Assembly (NCBI GenBank): GCA_030751995.1 | Contig: JASMFB010000003.1 | Coordinates: forward strand, 1-53,297 | Length of the DNA stretch: 53,297 nt | Source: Candidatus Thalassarchaeaceae archaeon | GTDB taxonomy: Archaea; Thermoplasmatota; Poseidoniia; Poseidoniales; Thalassarchaeaceae | Direction: 5' to 3' | Shown: in pieces, positions 47,863-53,297 of the stretch | Position numbering within the stretch: the first letter of the stretch is position 1 | Layout: every line of letters starts with the position of its first letter | Program-made: the position numbers and the translations under genes | The notes under the pieces: generated by a model | Databases searched by the model: none | The model's input: the letters and a program-made list of their open reading frames with translations, nothing else | Told to the model about the DNA's origin: nothing

Positions 47863-50262
47863 ATGCGCGCGCGGGCAATAGCGTTATTCTTCGTGCTTCT
47901 CAGCTCACTGGTAATGCCATTATTACCAACGTCCTCTGCCTCAATTGAGGATCTTGGAACTGCCGGAAAAGTAGCGGAATTAGATGCACCATCCATCGGT
48001 TGGTGGACTCTTGACAATGGAAACATCCTAGTTGCAACATCCAATGGTTTGGTAACAGCCTATTCAGTTCAGACGAATGGAAGTTATGCCGAAGTTTGGA
48101 CTGTAGACGCAAACACGACACTGTATGGTGGTGCATACAATTCAGTGGACAAATTGTTGGCCGTCGGCACCTCATCGGGAGCCGTCGTCGTATCGATAGA
48201 ATATATGGATGAAATCTATCGATTTAGTGTAGGACAACCTGTAGATGCTTTGGCTTGGGACCGCGACGGTGATCTTTGGGTTACCATGCGAACATCAAAA
48301 CAAGCGATAGAGTGGGATGGTGAATTCAATACCCCCTCGGGAATTTCAACAAGCACCCACACCAACGGTATTACTGATGTGATTACCCTTTCAGATGGGA
48401 AGATTCTCACATCTGGTCGTGATAAGCAGATTCGAATTCACGATGAAAATGGCACATTCATCCAAGTACTGGCGAATTCAACTGCGCCACTACTGAAAAT
48501 CATCGCCAGTGCAGATGAGTCGCTATTGTTCAGTTTGACCGACACCTGCAAAATGGACATTAACAACACCTCAAGTTGGGCTCGAGAACATTCCTTGAAT
48601 CTATGTTCAAACGGTCAAGGGCGCTCAATGCACGAATTGGGTGAACGCTTCATGGTCGGTATGTCAAATGGCAAAACATTCTCTGTGGATCTTACCACCT
48701 TTTCAAAACAACAGGAATTCACTATTCAGGGAGAAGTGGTAGGTTTCCGTGCAGCGACAGGTGAAGGGGTGTATGTCCTAACATCGTTCAGTAGCACTTC
48801 TGAGATACATCTCCTCGATACAGACCGTGACGATGATGGCGTTGTCGATGGAGTAGATGTGTTCCCTGATGACCCAACTGAGTCGGCCGATTCAGATTCA
48901 GATGGTGTTGGAGATAATGCAGATGAATTCCCTCTCGATGGAACTGAGTCCGCTGATTCCGATGGAGACAATGTTGGAGACAATGCAGATGTGTTCCCGA
49001 ATAACTCGGCGCAGCAAACCGATTCAGATGGTGATGGGTATGGTGACTATGAATACGGCCAAGATGGAGATAAATTTCCTAATGATTCCACTCAGTGGAA
49101 CGACACAGATGGCGATGGTTATGGGGATAGCCAAGAAGCAGGAGCCACAGAACCAGATGCTTGCGTCAATCAATCAGGCAGTTCGACAATGGATCGCCTA
49201 GGCTGTCAAGACACGGATGGGGACGGTTGGTCGGACCCAGGCAATGGTGATGAAGCACACCCCTCTGGAAATGCTGACGCATTCTTCATGGAAGGCAATC
49301 AATGGCGTGATTCGGATGGAGACGGCTATGGCGACAATCTGACCGGATTCCGAGGTGACGCATGTCCGACACTTGCAGGAACGAGTACTCGTGCAATATT
49401 GTATGACCCAGGCATCAATAGTTACACTTCAATCAATCGTTATGGTTGTGTTGACGATGATAATGATGGTTACGATGACAATACCGAGTCGGCGTTTGGT
49501 GAATGTACGATGGTCGGTAATCGCACCGAATGGCTTGATCATGACCGAGATTGTGCTGGAAGCAACAGCGATTACAACGACACAGATCCTGAAATTCAAA
49601 CTCTAGCGGATCATTGTGCAAAACATGTGAATGATACAGAATCGTGTACTGAACTAAGTGACACTTCCGATTTAGATAATCTCACGTACTTGGAAGAAGA
49701 AGAAGGTGTTGATATGATGGAATCTGTCAAGGAATTCGCTGTGATAGCGGCATATCTTGTCGGCGCTATGGCAGTTGCCATGGTAGCAATCGTTGGTTCC
49801 ATGAGGATGATTGGTCGTGCTCGAGACAAGCGCAAACCCGATGCCCAATACACACACCAAGATGCGACCAAAGAATTGGATGCATGGGAAAGTGGAGACG
49901 ATTTTGAAACTCGGGGCGGCATCGATGAGCAGAAAGGATGGGGCGACGAGCCTATTGGTGATGGAGAAGAAGAATCCTCAACAGATGATGATTTGGAGAC
50001 TGACGAAGAATCCGAATCAGAATCCGAATCGGAGTATGTCGCAGAAGAGATGGCTGTTCCCGACTCATCAACAGACGATATTGCTGAAGTTGAAGAGGAC
50101 GAATCAGCATCGGGTGATACTCCCGAATCCAGCCCTGAGCCCACGACTCAACAACCACCAGACGAAACTCCCCCATTGCCTTCAGGTGGTCTTCCTGAGG
50201 GTTGGACTATGGAACAGTGGCGATGGTATGGGCATCAATGGCTTGAACAGAACAAAGACTGA
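47863..50262 (+). CDS. Surface protein: beta-propeller plus thrombospondin type-3 Ca-binding repeats, TM anchor and acidic tail
   Basis: Signal peptide; WD40-like ILTSGRDKQIRIHD; many DxDGDGxGD/DxFP repeats; TM; ends GLPEGWTMEQWRWYGHQWL. Confidence 0.88.
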   Translation: MRARAIALFFVLLSSLVMPLLPTSSASIEDLGTAGKVAELDAPSIGWWTLDNGNILVATSNGLVTAYSVQTNGSYAEVWTVDANTTLYGGAYNSVDKLLAVGTSSGAVVVSIEYMDEIYRFSVGQPVDALAWDRDGDLWVTMRTSKQAIEWDGEFNTPSGISTSTHTNGITDVITLSDGKILTSGRDKQIRIHDENGTFIQVLANSTAPLLKIIASADESLLFSLTDTCKMDINNTSSWAREHSLNLCSNGQGRSMHELGERFMVGMSNGKTFSVDLTTFSKQQEFTIQGEVVGFRAATGEGVYVLTSFSSTSEIHLLDTDRDDDGVVDGVDVFPDDPTESADSDSDGVGDNADEFPLDGTESADSDGDNVGDNADVFPNNSAQQTDSDGDGYGDYEYGQDGDKFPNDSTQWNDTDGDGYGDSQEAGATEPDACVNQSGSSTMDRLGCQDTDGDGWSDPGNGDEAHPSGNADAFFMEGNQWRDSDGDGYGDNLTGFRGDACPTLAGTSTRAILYDPGINSYTSINRYGCVDDDNDGYDDNTESAFGECTMVGNRTEWLDHDRDCAGSNSDYNDTDPEIQTLADHCAKHVNDTESCTELSDTSDLDNLTYLEEEEGVDMMESVKEFAVIAAYLVGAMAVAMVAIVGSMRMIGRARDKRKPDAQYTHQDATKELDAWESGDDFETRGGIDEQKGWGDEPIGDGEEESSTDDDLETDEESESESESEYVAEEMAVPDSSTDDIAEVEEDESASGDTPESSPEPTTQQPPDETPPLPSGGLPEGWTMEQWRWYGHQWLEQNKD

Positions 50263-50511
50263 TCAGTGGAATACCACTGGTAGATTGTTCCGTAGTGAAG
50301 CATAATCTCCACCAGAGTACGCCCCACCAGTTTCTTTCAATGCAGTGGAAATGAGCCACAAAAGATCGTTCCAGTCCCCTGCTTCAGCGTGCAACTCAAT
50401 TTCATTTGCCGCAGCTAAGTCAAGAAGAATTCTAGCATTGCTTCCTCCATCCATCAGCCCACGGAAAAGCGTGGGTGCATCGACAGAATAAGCAGGAGGT
50501 TGACCCTTCAA
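50263..50511 (-). CDS. Small hypothetical protein, possibly a degenerate PIN-like fold
   Basis: TTG start 1 nt after the upstream stop; YSVDAPTLFRGL...ILLDLA...IEL resembles a PIN N-terminus. Confidence 0.55.
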   Translation of the reverse strand: MKGQPPAYSVDAPTLFRGLMDGGSNARILLDLAAANEIELHAEAGDWNDLLWLISTALKETGGAYSGGDYASLRNNLPVVFH

Positions 50512-50512
50512 T

Positions 50513-50755
50513 TCAACCACCGTAAGGAGAATGTCCCAATCTTTCAACAAGCGCTTCGACATCTGTTTGACCAATATCTCGTAGTCGACTTCGTAGTTTA
50601 TCTGCCTCAGCCCGAAGCTGTGCCATTCGATATTCCTGTAGCACTTGCGCTAGGAGTTCATCTACACTGTTGTGGTTGCCCATTGCTCGCATTGAATTCA
50701 GTTGTCGCCTTACATCAAAGGAGACACTTACAGAGGTCATGTTCGGAGAACCCAT
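50513..50755 (-). CDS. Small ribbon-helix-helix-like DNA-binding protein
   Basis: SD GGTGA; MTSVSVSFDVRRQL...SVDELLAQVL strand-helix-helix pattern, then a coiled segment. Confidence 0.65.
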   Translation of the reverse strand: MGSPNMTSVSVSFDVRRQLNSMRAMGNHNSVDELLAQVLQEYRMAQLRAEADKLRSRLRDIGQTDVEALVERLGHSPYGG

Positions 50756-50814
50756 GTTGTCACCGATGCGAAGCCCTGCCCGAAGCAACTTGAGCGTGTC
50801 GGTCTTTTGTGAGG

Positions 50815-51771
50815 CTAATCACTGGTTCGGAGTTGATGTTGTCGAAGGCGACTCGGTTCGTTGATACCGTATTTTTGCCGAATCTTCAGCACGCGCCGAT
50901 GCGCTTCCTTTGCAAGTGCCCAGTATTGCTGACTACCTTTGTTCGAGCGAGTAGGCCTCTTCAATACAGTAATTGGCGCTCCTTCTGAAGGAGCTGCAGC
51001 AATATCGATATTTCTTGGAATGACCGTATTGAAAACTTGTGTAGTGAAATGTTTCCTAACTTCATCAACAACTGTATTACACAACGTGGACTTTTGATAC
51101 ATCGTCAATGCAATTCCGAATAATTTTAGATTGGGATTAATTCTTTTTTGAACCATTTTGATTGAATTCATCAATTGACTCATACCCTCCAGTGCGTAGT
51201 ATTCGGTTTGAACAGGAATCAACACCCAATTCGCTGCAGCCAATGCGTTGATTGTGAGTAGGCCAAGGCTGGGGGGTGTATCGATGATAATGTAGTCGAA
51301 TTCATCGTAGGCTGGACCCAATCCTTCTTTCAGGCGCGTTTCCCTACCAATCCTTGTCGCCAACTCTATCTCCGCACCTGATAACTGAATATTGCTTGGA
51401 AGAATCCACAGATTCCTCACACCCATCGTTTTCGGCGGATTCTTGTCGGGATTGGATTGCCTCCACGCATCATGCATGGAATCTGTAATCATTTCCGGTG
51501 CGATGAGATAATCCTCTAAGATTGGCAATTCTTCGCCAAGGTCATTCATGAGGAGATTATACACGGTCCGATCCAACTTGCTCTTGTCAATTCCAAAAGA
51601 TGTTGATGTGTTTCCCTGAGGGTCGAGATCTACGAGTAAGACCTTTGCAGGAGGGAAACCATTGCCCTTGTCTCCTTTTGCCAAGGCTGTTGCGATATTG
51701 ACAGCGGTGGTAGTCTTCGCACATCCACCTTTCTGATTGGTGACTGCGATGACCATCTTGTAAGGATTCAT
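50815..51771 (-). CDS. parA: ParA/Soj-family ATPase (ParA2)
   Basis: NQKGGCAKTTT, LVDLDPQGN, IIDTPPSLG, PVQTEYYALEG, IPRN; SD GGAGG. Confidence 0.95.
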   Translation of the reverse strand: MNPYKMVIAVTNQKGGCAKTTTAVNIATALAKGDKGNGFPPAKVLLVDLDPQGNTSTSFGIDKSKLDRTVYNLLMNDLGEELPILEDYLIAPEMITDSMHDAWRQSNPDKNPPKTMGVRNLWILPSNIQLSGAEIELATRIGRETRLKEGLGPAYDEFDYIIIDTPPSLGLLTINALAAANWVLIPVQTEYYALEGMSQLMNSIKMVQKRINPNLKLFGIALTMYQKSTLCNTVVDEVRKHFTTQVFNTVIPRNIDIAAAPSEGAPITVLKRPTRSNKGSQQYWALAKEAHRRVLKIRQKYGINEPSRLRQHQLRTSD

Positions 51772-51863
51772 ATCAACAACCTCCTGTAGAACACAACGTC
51801 CTCAGACAAGCCCCTCTTTCAAACACTCGCATAATCGAGTGGCCGCCAATCGTTTGCTGAAGA

Positions 51864-52859
51864 TTACTGAATGACCGGAACAGGTACTTCAGAGAGAATC
51901 TTGCGCATGATGTGCATGCCTGTAATCCCTCGAATCTTTGCTTCAGGTTTGAGCAATACACGGTGACTGCAAACTTGGAGAGCAACGCGCTTGATATCAT
52001 CGGGAATCACATAGTCTCGACCATCAATGGCGGCGGATGCGCGGCCGGTCTTGAAGAGTGACTGACTGGCTCGAGGCGATGCGCCCGTAATCACTCGGTG
52101 GTCCTCGCGAGATCGCTGAACAACTTCAACGATGTAAGATAGGATTGCAGGGTCCACGTGCACGGTTTCCAGCGCCTTTTGCATGGCAACGACCTTCTTC
52201 GGCGACGTAATCTGTTCGACATCGTGACCATCCTTCCCTCTCAACTTACGTCGAGCAAGAATGGCCTTCTCTTCAGCACGATCTGGATAACCCATTGACA
52301 TCTTCATCAGGAATCGGTCCATCTGTGCTTCTGGCAACGGATAGGTCCCTTCTTGTTCGATTGGGTTCTGGGTTGCCATTGTAACGAAAGGAGCAGGCAA
52401 TTTGTGGGTAATACCCTCAATGGTCACCTGTTTCTCTTCCATTGCTTCCAGAAGTGCGGCCTGAGTCTTGGGTGGTGCACGGTTGATTTCATCACCGAGC
52501 AGTAGGTTTGTGAACAGAGGACCAGGTCGGAGTTTGAACTCACTTGCTTGTTGGTCATACATGTAAGTCCCCATAATATCAGATGGTAGTAAATCAGGCG
52601 TGAATTGCACACGCTTGAATTTGCAGCCAAGTGACTTGGCGAATGTATTAGCAAGCAAGGTCTTTGCCAGACCTGGGAAGTCTTCCAAGAGCATATTTCC
52701 ATTGGACAAAATACCTACTGTTACACGCAGCAAGTTTTCCTCCTTGCCGATAATGACTTTCGCAACCTCGCCCATCAGTGTGTGAGAAATTTGACTGACA
52801 GTTGAGATTAGGTCCTTCGTACGGCCAGTGCCTGCTGCTTGTGCCATCCCTGCTGACAT
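51864..52859 (-). CDS. moxR: MoxR-family AAA+ ATPase
   Basis: EDFPGLAKT, RVQFTPDLLPSDI, DEINRAPPKTQAALLEAMEE, NPIEQEGTYPLPEAQMDRF, GASPRA. Confidence 0.95.
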   Translation of the reverse strand: MSAGMAQAAGTGRTKDLISTVSQISHTLMGEVAKVIIGKEENLLRVTVGILSNGNMLLEDFPGLAKTLLANTFAKSLGCKFKRVQFTPDLLPSDIMGTYMYDQQASEFKLRPGPLFTNLLLGDEINRAPPKTQAALLEAMEEKQVTIEGITHKLPAPFVTMATQNPIEQEGTYPLPEAQMDRFLMKMSMGYPDRAEEKAILARRKLRGKDGHDVEQITSPKKVVAMQKALETVHVDPAILSYIVEVVQRSREDHRVITGASPRASQSLFKTGRASAAIDGRDYVIPDDIKRVALQVCSHRVLLKPEAKIRGITGMHIMRKILSEVPVPVIQ

Positions 52860-52958
52860 GGTACCATCTCGGGTGTTAACCCACTACAGGACCATTCCAA
52901 TTCGTACTTCAACGTTACCGCTCTGGGGGTCACTGTATCATCGAACAAATCAACGGTA

Positions 52959-52976
52959 CATTCCAACGGTGGAATG
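52959..52976. terminator. Hairpin CATTCCA-ACGG-TGGAATG downstream of aIF5B
   Basis: 7-bp perfect inverted repeat 15 nt past the aIF5B stop. Confidence 0.35.
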
Positions 52977-52991
52977 CTATACTGCGCCCCA

Positions 52992-53297
52992 TCAACGGCC
53001 CCAAAAATGGTCCTCTGCTCTATGCAGTGTCGTGAGTTCGTCGAGAATCTCTTGTTCGGAAGAAGTGAGCTCAAGTTTCCTCAGTCTCCGGGCATGGCTT
53101 GCGGGTACATCTACTAGAAGAATATCCTCTTCGTCAATACCACGTCCAACAGTTGCCCCTTCGATTGCAACCGCAACTTCGTCTCCTTCCTTTGCTTCCT
53201 TATGAGAAGAATCTCCAGTTCGAATGGATTTGATTTGACCTATACGCGTTCCGTCAATTGTCAGGAGTCGTTGCCCGACATGAAGACGCCCACCTAG
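52992..53297 (-). CDS. infB: Translation initiation factor aIF5B (IF-2), C-terminal fragment
   Basis: Manual translation (not in ORF track): IGQIKSI...EAKEGDEVAVAIEGATVGRGIDEEDILLVDVP...DHFWGR*, matching archaeal IF5B domain IV. Confidence 0.9.
   Translation of the reverse strand, partial: LGGRLHVGQRLLTIDGTRIGQIKSIRTGDSSHKEAKEGDEVAVAIEGATVGRGIDEEDILLVDVPASHARRLRKLELTSSEQEILDELTTLHRAEDHFWGR

Noticed and set aside
48826-49590. Periodic DNA repeats suggestive of a CRISPR or tandem array
   Set aside because: They are degenerate codon repeats of thrombospondin type-3 motifs inside a CDS.
50263-50788. Frameshifted single gene spanning the two overlapping small ORFs
   Set aside because: The overlap disappears with a TTG start at 50511 preceded by GGTGG; two coupled genes is simpler.

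Overview
Core-genome segment of an aerobic marine archaeon, most consistent with Marine Group II (Ca. Poseidoniales). This is inferred from archaeal eS8, SRP19, Sec61beta, aEF-1alpha, aIF5B, GINS and PolB occurring with an A1-type heme-copper oxidase, SAP-domain membrane proteins and large acidic surface proteins. About 47 CDS and one tRNA-Leu(CAA); no CRISPR, IS or provirus seen. Two genes are absent from the supplied ORF track because they run off the edges: cytochrome c oxidase subunit I (1..1989, minus) and aIF5B (52992..53297, minus). Most notable: (1) two Soj/ParA loci with non-canonical partners - one followed by a small protein carrying only the ParB N-terminal LGRGL peptide and preceded by a membrane-anchored SAP protein, near XerA and an H1-like HhH protein; the other followed by an RHH-like protein; (2) oxidase subunit I fused to an exported Reeler-like domain with a CxCH motif; (3) a roughly 530-residue coiled coil with 19/23-residue periodicity; (4) five proteins ending in -EEE beside a RimK-family ligase; (5) a recurring TTGAAAT-N10-GTCGNC promoter architecture. 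All family calls are by motif recognition only; no database searches were run.
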